Source: a virus (lineage: Duplodnaviria > Caudoviricetes). Taken from it: a DNA stretch of 52,561 nucleotides. The stretch spans positions 1-52,561 of IMG/VR virus record IMGVR_UViG_3300047560_001441; one strand, written 5' to 3'. Position numbers and translations under genes: made by a program. Shown here piece by piece: positions 28,708 through 38,578 of the stretch. Each line of letters opens with the position of its first letter. Position 1 is the stretch's first letter. The notes under the pieces are model-generated. The model had not been told where the DNA came from. It made no database searches and worked only from the letters and a program-made list of their open reading frames with translations.

Positions 28708-30497
28708 TATTGTCTAACAACATTTATTGAAATAAGTACTTTTGAAAAATCAATTTTAAGATATTTACTTTCTTGAACTACCACATCATCATTTAATGTA
28801 ATAGCATACATGTCAATATAATTAGTATAATCCTGAGGATTAAGGTCCATAACAATAGCACCTGTATTATAGTTTACAGTGCCAATATTATCTTCTAGAA
28901 CAATCTGAACTGAATCAGGTGTTAGATAATAAATTCTAAGATTTCCCAATCCATCATCAGAAATTCTAGCGGTATAGTAAACATCATTTTTAAGATATGT
29001 AAAATAGTCTGAACGAACTGTTTCCTCTTCACCTGCTGAATATGCTCTCAAGAAAGGTCTATACAATGCATTTGAAAATGAAAATTTAATTCTTTGAGAA
29101 ATGCCACGAATAGGAGTTAGTCTATATATTGGTCTAAAGTATGTTTGATTACTTTTAATTGCAGGATCTGCCTCATCAATCATGGAAGATAACTTAGATT
29201 TTCTTAAATCATTTCCAAAATCATTTAAATAAAGATTACTGTATTCTTGTATTTTTGCAATAACCTCTGTTTTAATTTGCTGTGTGCTCTTGGAGGTCAA
29301 AGTTGGATCATATCTAACATCTGATACAATTTCAACGTAAAGATATTCAGGATCAATTATTACAGGTTCTGTTGTTATACTTTTCGTCTTTAAAAACGTT
29401 ATGATGTTTGATTTAAGTTCTGTTGATACAACTGGATTAGATCCATATGGTATCATAGAAACAATTACTTTACCAAACTGAGGAGGATCAGCATCTTCTC
29501 CTCCATAAACATTTACAGTTTTAATTTGAGGGTAATTTTGTACTATTAAATTTGTATAGTCTTCTTTTGTTACAGCTCTATTTTGAGAAGCAAAATATCT
29601 AGGAGCATTGTATTTAATTGAATCATCTGTTTCACGTTCTGACCCATCAGCAGCAACTGTATTTGTTGCAACAGTAACAGAGTATATACTATCTATCTTA
29701 GAGGTTGGTGAGAAAGTATATGCTTTATTACCAAGTTCTCCATTAGTAGAACGATATTTAATTTTTACAATATTACCATTTGATAATTTTTTACCAGCAA
29801 TTCCGTCACCAAATATTACTTCATATTGATTTGAACCATATCCCTGAACAAAGTATATCTCAGAATTTGAATTTAATCCATATAAATTTTCTGATTCAAA
29901 ATAAACAGTGTTTGCTGAATCAGTAGCTGATTTGATCACTGTAACTTTAATACTGTTAGTATCAATATTTTCTGAATTTAAAATGTAACGTGTGCTATCA
30001 GTAACATCAAAATATTCTGTAACTATCTTACCTTCATAAACATAAATTGGGTCACTAGTGTAGGCTGTACCATTATAGGTAATAACTACAGCTTCGTTGG
30101 TTGAGAAATCTAAATTAGTATTATCAACTACTGTTCTAAGAGTATAATTTTCTGGAATAACAACTGAAGAAGGAAGATCATCACCTGTATTAACAGTGAA
30201 AGTAACTAAGGCTCTGGCAGATGTCCTTGATCTTGGTAAATAGTTTAATTCCTTAGCGTGTGAAACAATAGAACTTCTAAGCTTTGAAGAGTCTAAGAAC
30301 ATTTCACTTCCTATCATGTTTAGATAGAAAGAATTCATATATGTATTATAAGATAGTATATCTAACAAAGCATTAAGATTAGATCCGTCAAAATCATAAT
30401 CTTTAAATTCTGTTTTACTTTTTAAAAAAGTCTTGAGGTTACCTTTAATGCCATCAAAACTTAAATCAGATACACTTAAAAATCCTGTGTTTGCCAT
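28707..30497 (-). CDS. gp6: Baseplate wedge subunit gp6
   Basis: LSFDGIK.NLK.FL..EFKDYDFDGSNL..LLDILSYNTY, FGDGIAGK, QNRAVTKEDY, YGGED..PPQFGKV. Confidence 0.93.
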   Translation of the reverse strand: MANTGFLSVSDLSFDGIKGNLKTFLKSKTEFKDYDFDGSNLNALLDILSYNTYMNSFYLNMIGSEMFLDSSKLRSSIVSHAKELNYLPRSRTSARALVTFTVNTGDDLPSSVVIPENYTLRTVVDNTNLDFSTNEAVVITYNGTAYTSDPIYVYEGKIVTEYFDVTDSTRYILNSENIDTNSIKVTVIKSATDSANTVYFESENLYGLNSNSEIYFVQGYGSNQYEVIFGDGIAGKKLSNGNIVKIKYRSTNGELGNKAYTFSPTSKIDSIYSVTVATNTVAADGSERETDDSIKYNAPRYFASQNRAVTKEDYTNLIVQNYPQIKTVNVYGGEDADPPQFGKVIVSMIPYGSNPVVSTELKSNIITFLKTKSITTEPVIIDPEYLYVEIVSDVRYDPTLTSKSTQQIKTEVIAKIQEYSNLYLNDFGNDLRKSKLSSMIDEADPAIKSNQTYFRPIYRLTPIRGISQRIKFSFSNALYRPFLRAYSAGEEETVRSDYFTYLKNDVYYTARISDDGLGNLRIYYLTPDSVQIVLEDNIGTVNYNTGAIVMDLNPQDYTNYIDMYAITLNDDVVVQESKYLKIDFSKVLISINVVRQ

Positions 30498-30886
30498 TAC
30501 CTTACTCGTCTTAGGATTAAATCCAAGGTTATTGGTGTTGAATTATTAGTCACATAAAAAATTATAGTTGCTGAATATGAATTATCATCAGGAAGAGCTT
30601 TTACATTTACTGAATATAAACTGGCTCTGGGTTCATAATTTTTTATTGTTTCTACTATCTTTTCTTTAATTAAAAATTCCGTATCTCTGCTTATATTTTC
30701 AAAAAGTGTTGCTCTAATACCACCGCCTAAATTTGGTCTAAAAAATCTTTCACCTGGATCAGTTAGAAGTAAATTTCTAATAGATCTTTTTACGGCCTGC
30801 TCATTAGTTAGCAACACCAAATCTTCCTTGATTGGGTGTATATCAAAATTAGTAGTTATATCCGAATAGTATGTTGCTGTTGTCAT
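30497..30886 (-). CDS. gp25: Baseplate wedge subunit gp25
   Basis: AVKRSIRNLLLT..GERFF.P..G..LFE..I.NYEPR. Confidence 0.93.
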   Translation of the reverse strand: MTTATYYSDITTNFDIHPIKEDLVLLTNEQAVKRSIRNLLLTDPGERFFRPNLGGGIRATLFENISRDTEFLIKEKIVETIKNYEPRASLYSVNVKALPDDNSYSATIIFYVTNNSTPITLDLILRRVR

Positions 30887-30891
30887 TTAAA

Positions 30892-30899
30892 TATTTATA
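30892..30899 (-). promoter_or_regulatory. T4-type late promoter TATAAATA
   Basis: Exact consensus ending 5 nt upstream of the gp25 ATG. Confidence 0.7.
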
Positions 30900-32589
30900 A
30901 GGAAGATTGACATGTTTTTAAGTATTGGGGATTGTATCTTTGAATATCATTAGCAGCCGAGGCAGCTAAAATCCAACCTGATGATATAGGTTTAGATCCA
31001 AAAGGTGAGAAATTTTCACCGACCATGGCCGCACTAAATCCTAACATAAAGGGAATAGCATTGTCAGATCTTCTCATTTCAATACTAGATGAAATGGGAA
31101 CGTTGAGATTACTACAGACATTAGAAACCATCGTTCCTACCGAAGCTCCAAAAGCAGTTGTAGATGGAGGTAGTACAGGGGATCCGGTTATCATCCTTGA
31201 AACAACGGATGAAATAGGAATTGAACCACCCATTGAAGCGAAATTTTGCATTGTGAAACTTACAACACCTGATCCATTTGAAGGCGAGCCAAAAGCACCA
31301 ACTCTTCTGCAGAACATCTGATCAACTGCTGGTAAAGATACTGGTGCTTCACCAAAGAAACTTTTACCTGCAAAAGAAGGAGCTGTCAGCATAGGGTTAT
31401 TAGCATATTGTGATGTAGCTAATCTTTTTCCTGTTATCACTTCAGACATCATTGCACCAATTGCCAAGCCTCCACTTTGCCCTAACAGAAGACCTGCAGC
31501 TATACCACCTAGAGCACCAAAAGATCCTAATGAACCTCCAAGAGGAGATTGATCAAGTAATCCCGCAATTGTAGAAGCAGCTGCAATAGAAGCCAGACCT
31601 TGTGTTGCAACAGCAGGATTTGTAATTGAGGCTAGTTGAGTAGCACCTAGAGTGCCTGCTGCTAACCCTGCAAAAGTGTTTACAGATGATGATACTGAAC
31701 TTTCTGAAAGTGCAGGAAAACTACTAAGAACACCTACACCACCTGAAGGTCTATTGTTTGTATAAGCATTATCTAAAATATAAGAACCTATGACACCCAA
31801 TGAGGCACCTAAAGCTGCTGCAGAAAGTATATCACCATTATTACTTTTTTCAGGGTAATCGATTTGTTGTGCACTGCTATATTCACTTGAAAATTTATTA
31901 TTAATAGAATAAACTGCCTGACTCAAATAACCAATTTTATAAATGTCTGGTATCTGAGTGATACCAATTATGTTTCTAATATATCTTGAATTGTTTAATT
32001 CAGGAATACCAACTGCATCTGAAATAGTTTTTAAATTTGTTATACTGTTTATAAAAGCTAGAGTATAAAAAAATTGTTTTAATACGTCTTCTGGTATCAC
32101 ACCACTTGCAGCCAGTTCTCTTGACTTACTAGAGATAGCATCTTTTTCTGCTTGTGTTAAAATATAATTTTCTGGTGTTCTTACGTAATTTGGAGGAGCT
32201 GGAGGAGCTAATATTTGCAAAGCTGCTATACCTGCCACAGCTCCACCAATAGCTGCAGCTGCCGTAAACGTATTATGTGATGCTTTAAGTTCTTGGCTTC
32301 CGTAGAACCCAGGTTGTTGATAAACACCTCTTTGAACTAAAGCAGCTGTATCTTTATTTGCGGGTGTACCTGAAGAAGAAGATGGTGCCGGAGGAGGGGA
32401 AGGAGGTGTAGACTGACTTGAGGGATTTTTTGAAACAGTATAATAAGTACCATCAGGTAGTTTATAATTACCAGTAACTGGTTCACCTTTTGCATCAGCT
32501 ATTGCCTGAGCATCTTGTTCAAATAAAGCTTTTCTTTCGGCTATTGATTGTGTACCACCAGTATAACTATTCTCTGTATACGTATACAT
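30895..32589 (-). CDS. Hypothetical protein with Gly/Ala-rich hydrophobic segments
   Basis: 564-aa ORF coupled to the upstream gene; no family recognised. Confidence 0.7.
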   Translation of the reverse strand: MYTYTENSYTGGTQSIAERKALFEQDAQAIADAKGEPVTGNYKLPDGTYYTVSKNPSSQSTPPSPPPAPSSSSGTPANKDTAALVQRGVYQQPGFYGSQELKASHNTFTAAAAIGGAVAGIAALQILAPPAPPNYVRTPENYILTQAEKDAISSKSRELAASGVIPEDVLKQFFYTLAFINSITNLKTISDAVGIPELNNSRYIRNIIGITQIPDIYKIGYLSQAVYSINNKFSSEYSSAQQIDYPEKSNNGDILSAAALGASLGVIGSYILDNAYTNNRPSGGVGVLSSFPALSESSVSSSVNTFAGLAAGTLGATQLASITNPAVATQGLASIAAASTIAGLLDQSPLGGSLGSFGALGGIAAGLLLGQSGGLAIGAMMSEVITGKRLATSQYANNPMLTAPSFAGKSFFGEAPVSLPAVDQMFCRRVGAFGSPSNGSGVVSFTMQNFASMGGSIPISSVVSRMITGSPVLPPSTTAFGASVGTMVSNVCSNLNVPISSSIEMRRSDNAIPFMLGFSAAMVGENFSPFGSKPISSGWILAASAANDIQRYNPQYLKTCQSSL

Positions 32590-34376
32590 TATGCTACTCC
32601 TGCTCTACCTTGCAACGCAGCAACTGCATAAGATAATTTTAATCCAGGAATAGATGAATAACAATGCGGATCAGCACAAGTCAATACTGTACCTCCTCCT
32701 TGTTGACCAGGCTGTACTGATTCTACATGGCAGTGTATACCACCTTCATCATTTTTCTCTAAAAGAACTTTACTGTATGGTAAATAATCTCTTACATAAG
32801 CTGCCATTTCAGCAGTAAATCCATAATCGGGTTTATTACTACATCTTATGTCAACTGCACCGCCAGTTCCATGATTTGCTGATTTTTGTCTATACCAAGA
32901 TGATATATACATTCTTGAACCAAATTTTTCATACAATGGATCTAAGATATTCCAAGCAACATTCATAGCAGCTTTCAGTGCTTGTGGTTGTTCACTGGCT
33001 GGAATACTTCTAGCATTTTTAATATCACCAACAGTAACATATCTTGAAATTTTTTGACTTGCATTATAAATTGAGGTCGGAACTGGAAGAGGATTTTGTT
33101 CAGCTTTTCCATTGTTACTAGATACACCAGTTGGTCTATCATATATGCCTGTTGCAACTGCCTCGGCTGTGATACCTGCATCCTTAGACTCATAAGTAAC
33201 TCCAGATCCCTTATTTCCTGCAGCATATGCTTCGGCTTGAGGATTTGGATTTCCACCTTCATTTTTATAATATGAAAATTCTTCAGCTGATAGACCAGCA
33301 GCATTGTGTGGAAAATCTGGAGCCAATCTTATGGAAGTAATAGAATCAATTACAGTATTTGCATCTGGATATTGTGCAAGTTGTGCTGCATTAATATCAG
33401 CAGAATCAACAGAAGGTGAACCACTTGTTTGAATATCAGTAGCTGAACCCTTGATGTTAATTTTAGCAGAAGCCAATAAATCAATTGTAGAAGAAGAGTG
33501 AATTGAAGCTGCACTAGTTGAGGATTGTTTAATACTTCCATCAGCTTTAATAGCAATATCATCTTCTGTTGCAATGGTCATTGCATCTTTTGACATCAAA
33601 TAACTTTTTTCTTTAGCATAGATACCAATATTTTTCTGTGCATTAACCTCAACGGTTTGATCTGATCTTATTGTAATATCTTGTGCTGCATCTATTTCCA
33701 ATGATCGAGGTGTTTGTATTCTCATTTTACCAGCTGAAGTAATTCTAGCATCACCAGCAATCATTGTACTTGTATCTTTAGCTACTTCAAGTATTTTACT
33801 ACCATTTTGAATTATTTCTTCAACAGATCCATTATGAACAGTTGTGATCATATCCCCACCTACTGAGATATTAAGGCTACCACCAACGTTAATATCTAAA
33901 TCACCAACTGTTTCTAATGTGATTTTACCATCACCCTTAAGTATCATATGACCTTTTCCAAACAAAGTCATATCACCTTTTGGAGAAACAATACCAACAC
34001 CCTTGGTACTAGAAGATATCATATGGATCGATCCATCAGCATCTATCATGATAGTTGCACCGGAATGATGTTGGAGTGTAATTGTATCTGCACCAAATGT
34101 ATTATCAATAACAACTTTATTACCAGTGGCAGAAACAAACCCTTGAACATCAGTAGCCTCACCTACACCCCCCATAAGACCTGCACCAGGTCCTGTATGA
34201 GTGATTGTGTTATCTGAAGCACCACCGGGTTTATCTTTTACCGATACTTCATAGTAGGGAGCAGGATTACCAGAACCTATATTTTGAGGTCCAGTACTTC
34301 TTGCAACACCATCACTTTCAATGTTGGTTGTTGCTTTTACATTTAAGGGGTCATTTGTAAATCTATCTACAGACAT
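32589..34376 (-). CDS. gp5-like C-terminal beta-helix spike fused to an M15-family Zn peptidase
   Basis: ITLQHHSGATIMIDADGS plus beta-helix repeats; C-terminal SSWYR..NHGTGGAVD (HxxxxxxD) and HCH. Start placed at ATG 34376 (TGATG coupling). Confidence 0.8.
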   Translation of the reverse strand: MSVDRFTNDPLNVKATTNIESDGVARSTGPQNIGSGNPAPYYEVSVKDKPGGASDNTITHTGPGAGLMGGVGEATDVQGFVSATGNKVVIDNTFGADTITLQHHSGATIMIDADGSIHMISSSTKGVGIVSPKGDMTLFGKGHMILKGDGKITLETVGDLDINVGGSLNISVGGDMITTVHNGSVEEIIQNGSKILEVAKDTSTMIAGDARITSAGKMRIQTPRSLEIDAAQDITIRSDQTVEVNAQKNIGIYAKEKSYLMSKDAMTIATEDDIAIKADGSIKQSSTSAASIHSSSTIDLLASAKINIKGSATDIQTSGSPSVDSADINAAQLAQYPDANTVIDSITSIRLAPDFPHNAAGLSAEEFSYYKNEGGNPNPQAEAYAAGNKGSGVTYESKDAGITAEAVATGIYDRPTGVSSNNGKAEQNPLPVPTSIYNASQKISRYVTVGDIKNARSIPASEQPQALKAAMNVAWNILDPLYEKFGSRMYISSWYRQKSANHGTGGAVDIRCSNKPDYGFTAEMAAYVRDYLPYSKVLLEKNDEGGIHCHVESVQPGQQGGGTVLTCADPHCYSSIPGLKLSYAVAALQGRAGVA

Positions 34377-34756
34377 CAGGCACAATAATTTGAGTAAAGG
34401 GTTGTCAGGGCTTGTTCTAGTTTATCATTATTAGAAGATATAGTTGCACTATCCGTAAATGAAGCTAGATCTTTCATAATTTTATATAGAGTAACTTTTT
34501 GTTGTTCTGTCAAATAAAAATTTGAATGTATAGTATTCAATCTACTGTGTACAAATTTATTTAACCCGCCTATAATACACACTGTTGCATTTGTTTCACT
34601 AGCAGGTGATCCTTGATAAACAGTTCCGTTCACATCTATTATGAAACTATATGTACTATAATTATTTAAATTTACATTTTCTCCTCTTGCTGTGTTAGAG
34701 AAAATGAAATTTAGATTTGTACAATAAGAAACTGCTGTAGCATCTACTTTGTTCAT
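34376..34756 (-). CDS. Degenerate T7-lysozyme/Amidase_2-like protein
   Basis: YSFIIDVNGTVYQG..VCIIGG..LTEQQKVTLYKIM resembles the amidase core. The Zn-binding His residues are not evident. Confidence 0.55.
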   Translation of the reverse strand: MNKVDATAVSYCTNLNFIFSNTARGENVNLNNYSTYSFIIDVNGTVYQGSPASETNATVCIIGGLNKFVHSRLNTIHSNFYLTEQQKVTLYKIMKDLASFTDSATISSNNDKLEQALTTLYSNYCA

Positions 34757-35712
34757 ACTGTATTACCTGTATAAGAAAGAGAAGAAAGTGCTGTTCTAGC
34801 CTTAGCCAATTTTTTCAAATAAAAAGGTGAACTTCTATCAACCTGCCATGAGTTACCAATCTTTTTATATGAAGCATCTCTTTCATAATAAATCATAGCC
34901 GCAACAGCATCTTGAATTGTAGTAGCAACTAACAATTTACCATAAGCTGTCTTTTCAGTTGTATGCAACTCATGCCAAACATAATCCAACTGCTGTTCAA
35001 GAGAAGGTAAATTAGGAGGACGCACTTGTCCGTTTACACCACAAAATTTTAAAAATGGTGTAACTCTATCATATTTACCACCTCTCCATTGAGCAATACC
35101 CATTGAAGCTTCACCTCTATCATTAGGATTATACGCTTGAGGATTAATACTATCTCCGGATTCAATTTGGAAGTTACCCACAATAGCAGCCACCATCACT
35201 TTAATGTCACCTGATGCAGAACCTTCTTTTGATATTCTTTCCCAAAAATAATTATACACTTTTTTAGGATTATCTCCACCAGTTAATTGTGTTGTTGATG
35301 GTTGACCTGTGTTGTCACTATTATAAGCTTCATTTGGATTAGAGGGAACAACACCAGATCCACTTGTTTGTGAACCTGTAGGAGAACCCGAATTGTTTAC
35401 TGAACCAGGTCCACCATTAATGACACCAATCACAATAGGTTGTTGACTATCTTCACCGTCAACAAAAAAACCAACTACCCAGGTTCCAACTTTTAATCCG
35501 TGACTAACATTACCTCCTGAAGTCTGGCCACCAGTTGTTGGATAAAGAACCATAGCCCAAGGCAACATATCATTTGGTATTCTTTCAAAGTCTTCTGTTC
35601 TATGAATACCAAATACTCTTACTCGTACACGTGATCTATCATCACCAATATCTTGTACAGTTCCAACAAACCATCTAAATCTATCACCATAGAAGTCATC
35701 ATTTAATATCAT
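34753..35712 (-). CDS. gp5: gp5 N-terminal OB-fold fused to phage tail lysozyme (Phage_lysozyme2-like)
   Basis: WFVGTV..RVRVRVFGIH..LPWA..GTWVVGFF.DGE..QQPIVIG, then AAIVGNFQIESG..NP..GIAQW..QLDYVWHEL. Confidence 0.88.
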   Translation of the reverse strand: MILNDDFYGDRFRWFVGTVQDIGDDRSRVRVRVFGIHRTEDFERIPNDMLPWAMVLYPTTGGQTSGGNVSHGLKVGTWVVGFFVDGEDSQQPIVIGVINGGPGSVNNSGSPTGSQTSGSGVVPSNPNEAYNSDNTGQPSTTQLTGGDNPKKVYNYFWERISKEGSASGDIKVMVAAIVGNFQIESGDSINPQAYNPNDRGEASMGIAQWRGGKYDRVTPFLKFCGVNGQVRPPNLPSLEQQLDYVWHELHTTEKTAYGKLLVATTIQDAVAAMIYYERDASYKKIGNSWQVDRSSPFYLKKLAKARTALSSLSYTGNTV

Positions 35713-37142
35713 GCATGACCTCCCGTCACTCTAGGTGAAGTAACTGATGTATCATATTCTGAAGTTTCAAGAAGTAGATTGAGATAACCATCTTTTTGAA
35801 TTCTCAGGGAAGTAGCCGCCTTATTTCCTAGCATCAACACTTGTTTGATTTCCGTTATTACAAAAAATCCTGAAAGATAAATGTCTTCAATAACATTAGT
35901 AAATCCATGCATTTCAGGAATAGCACAGTAAATAACTTGTCCGGGTTTCAAATCCATATTTGCGGGCACGGTAATTGATAAATCAATTTGATTTAATGCA
36001 TTTAAATATTTAACAGTATTACCAAATTTATATCTATCACCGGGTTGTGTTAACCCTTGATCATCATTGAAATCATCATAGTTGTTTATTACATATCTGA
36101 TTCTATTTGAATACTCGGTGTTTATTTTTTCATTTTTTACATAATTAATATACCCTTGTGTATTTAAAGGATATTTTTCTAGGGTATAAGGTTTATCTTT
36201 TGAACCGATATGTTCAGTCGGTGTACTATTATAAGCTTTTTGTAATAGACTTATTTCAAACAATTCATTTTGATAATAACCACCTGCAATTTTTTCAATT
36301 GAGGAAAACCTTTTATTATTTACAATATTAGTAATCAATCTTTTATCAGCATCTTTATCAGTTGTAAGATTGTAATTAGTTTCAGCGTCTGAAAAATATA
36401 CGTATCTTTTTTCTCTAATAAGATCTTTTTTCAGTTGTGCTTCTTGAATTTTTTGTTGAAGTGTAATAAAATTAAATTGATCTAAATCTTCATAAAATAG
36501 ATAAAGGAAATGATTTTCAGAATCTTTTGCAATTGCATGTTTAGCTAACCATGTTATTCCCTGAACAGGTCTAATATTTGGTATCACTAATGATCTTACT
36601 TTTAAAGATTCTTCTTTTACAAAAGGTTTGCTGATATTATAAAGTGCCTGAGTGTCAGTTGCCAAATACTCTAAAAATAATTGTTCAGCCGCATTTTCCA
36701 CTTTATCACTATAGGCATGTGATACATATTTTCTTGTATTTTGTAAATAATAAGGACTTACTAAATCTAAAATATACATCAGTGATCTAGCACGATCACT
36801 AAGAGAAATATTTCTAACACCTCTAATAATAAATTTCAGATCTGTATGAGGAACATCTAAGCTTTCAGCTGTAAACGTTCCTGTTTGATTATATGATATT
36901 GTAATTAATTCTTCACCCGTGAAAGGATAATTAACAAACATACCAATTTGATCATTTATTAAAATTTCAGCTTTAATAAATGGTTCAAATATAGATTGAA
37001 AAATGTTAACCTCAACAAACTGAGGTTTAATAGACATTCTATCTGTCTTATTAAATTTTTCAATTGTGATGTCTACAATTTCAACATGTAAAGGATTAAT
37101 GTCAAATTGTCGTCTGGGTAACCTATCAACGGTATCAGGCAT
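35709..37142 (-). CDS. Baseplate hub protein (gp27-like)
   Basis: NIFQSIF.P..I.DQIG..P..GEE, VIPNIRP, FLYLFYE, VPANM.L..GQ.I, SGFFVITEI; lies between gp53 and gp5. Confidence 0.7.
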   Translation of the reverse strand: MPDTVDRLPRRQFDINPLHVEIVDITIEKFNKTDRMSIKPQFVEVNIFQSIFEPFIKAEILINDQIGMFVNYPFTGEELITISYNQTGTFTAESLDVPHTDLKFIIRGVRNISLSDRARSLMYILDLVSPYYLQNTRKYVSHAYSDKVENAAEQLFLEYLATDTQALYNISKPFVKEESLKVRSLVIPNIRPVQGITWLAKHAIAKDSENHFLYLFYEDLDQFNFITLQQKIQEAQLKKDLIREKRYVYFSDAETNYNLTTDKDADKRLITNIVNNKRFSSIEKIAGGYYQNELFEISLLQKAYNSTPTEHIGSKDKPYTLEKYPLNTQGYINYVKNEKINTEYSNRIRYVINNYDDFNDDQGLTQPGDRYKFGNTVKYLNALNQIDLSITVPANMDLKPGQVIYCAIPEMHGFTNVIEDIYLSGFFVITEIKQVLMLGNKAATSLRIQKDGYLNLLLETSEYDTSVTSPRVTGGHA

Positions 37143-37695
37143 TAAACAAATCTTTTACTTGTTGTTTTATAAATGGGATATAAGCAGATTTTATTACCTT
37201 AATCTCTCTCTTAGATTCATTAATTTCATTTTCATAATCATAAATTGATTTTGCAACCCAACCCGCTGGACTACCATTTTTTACATATGTGGTTGGCGTC
37301 ATAGTATAATTATATGAATTAATCGTAGCTTTGTCATCAGAAACCAAACCTGCATAATAATAATATGCAATAGAATCTGGGTTTATGGTATTGGTTAATT
37401 TATCTGCAGAAACACCGTATTTGCTTTCTAGATAATTTTTAAAGTGGGTAGAATCCATCACCCAATCTTTATAAGGATCTGTAATATCATTAATCAAATA
37501 TAAGACCCAATCTAATCTAGAATCATTATAAAATCTATATGCTAATGTATCTGGTCTTTCACCGTCTTTAACAACATAAGTGTAAAACTTTGTGTAGTCA
37601 TCCAAATACTTTTTTATAACTTCTACTTCCAAAAGTAAGTTTAATGAATTAATATTGTTATAGTTTATTCTTGGAATGTAATTAAAAAGAGACAT
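37135..37695 (-). CDS. gp53: Baseplate wedge protein gp53
   Basis: DGERPDTLAY.FY.D..LDWVL.LIN.I.DP..DW, YDYE..NESKREIK. Confidence 0.9.
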   Translation of the reverse strand: MSLFNYIPRINYNNINSLNLLLEVEVIKKYLDDYTKFYTYVVKDGERPDTLAYRFYNDSRLDWVLYLINDITDPYKDWVMDSTHFKNYLESKYGVSADKLTNTINPDSIAYYYYAGLVSDDKATINSYNYTMTPTTYVKNGSPAGWVAKSIYDYENEINESKREIKVIKSAYIPFIKQQVKDLFNA

Positions 37696-38534
37696 CAGTG
37701 ATCTCCCACGCCGCCAGGATTAGTATCCAAATCATTAGGAGTATTGATAAAGTTTTCTCTTGTTTGAATTGTGATTTCACTCAAATCTATTCTCATTTCA
37801 ATTACAACAGGTTGACCATCTTTGTAGAAAGCTGGTGATCCGGATACCGAAAGATGGGTAATAAAAGAATCTCTTACTTTAGGGACAACAGTGTCTGGTA
37901 ATCCTTCAAAATTTAAATTAGCAACATAAGGATATTCTAATGCAAATCCAGAATATATAATTTTTGGATGCATATATCCTTTAATTAATTGAATTATACT
38001 ATTTAAAGTTTTTGCTTCTTCTGCAGACTTAGGTGCCATTTTCCAATTGAAGGAATATGATTTTAATCTTACACCTTCAAATATTGTTGTCAAATGAGGG
38101 TTTCTAACCTGACCTGAAATTGACTGAGTATATCCTCTAATATCTTGTGCTGTAATACCAGGAACAGGAGCAGCTGCTAATTCTGCTGCGCCAGGTGCTA
38201 AAGCCAAAGCTGAAACTGCATCCCTAACCATTTTTTGAGTAGAAAAATTTCTACTGACAAAATCATTATAATAACTCTCAATTTTTGATGTACCAGAATT
38301 TAACATCTCACCCATGTTACCCATATTGTTTCCTAAGAATCCAAGAACACCAAAAGATGGATTACTGGTTTCCATACCATAATCATCTTGAAGGGAAGAA
38401 GGTATAGGTAGTCTTATTACATACTTTGTAGTAACACTAGATGTTGATTCACCAGGAAATCTATCATATTTTTTTAATGACAGTCTAGTATAATACTGTG
38501 GTTCTTGTGCAGGAAATGAAAGTATCTGAGCCAT
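37695..38534 (-). CDS. gp48: Baseplate tail-tube cap gp48-like
   Basis: IRLPIP..LQD.Y, NPH...FEGV.L..YSF.WKMAPKS..EA, LEYP, DGQPV...L.E...TRE. Confidence 0.8.
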   Translation of the reverse strand: MAQILSFPAQEPQYYTRLSLKKYDRFPGESTSSVTTKYVIRLPIPSSLQDDYGMETSNPSFGVLGFLGNNMGNMGEMLNSGTSKIESYYNDFVSRNFSTQKMVRDAVSALALAPGAAELAAAPVPGITAQDIRGYTQSISGQVRNPHLTTIFEGVRLKSYSFNWKMAPKSAEEAKTLNSIIQLIKGYMHPKIIYSGFALEYPYVANLNFEGLPDTVVPKVRDSFITHLSVSGSPAFYKDGQPVVIEMRIDLSEITIQTRENFINTPNDLDTNPGGVGDH

Positions 38535-38543
38535 TTTTACCCC

Positions 38544-38551
38544 TATAAATA
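38544..38551 (+). promoter_or_regulatory. T4-type late promoter TATAAATA for gp4/gp2
   Basis: Exact consensus in the 44-nt divergent gap. Confidence 0.8.
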
Positions 38552-38558
38552 TTCTTAT

Positions 38559-38566
38559 TATTTATA
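38559..38566 (-). promoter_or_regulatory. T4-type late promoter TATAAATA for the baseplate operon
   Basis: Exact consensus on the minus strand upstream of gp48. Confidence 0.8.
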
Positions 38567-38578
38567 CGGTGTTTCAAA

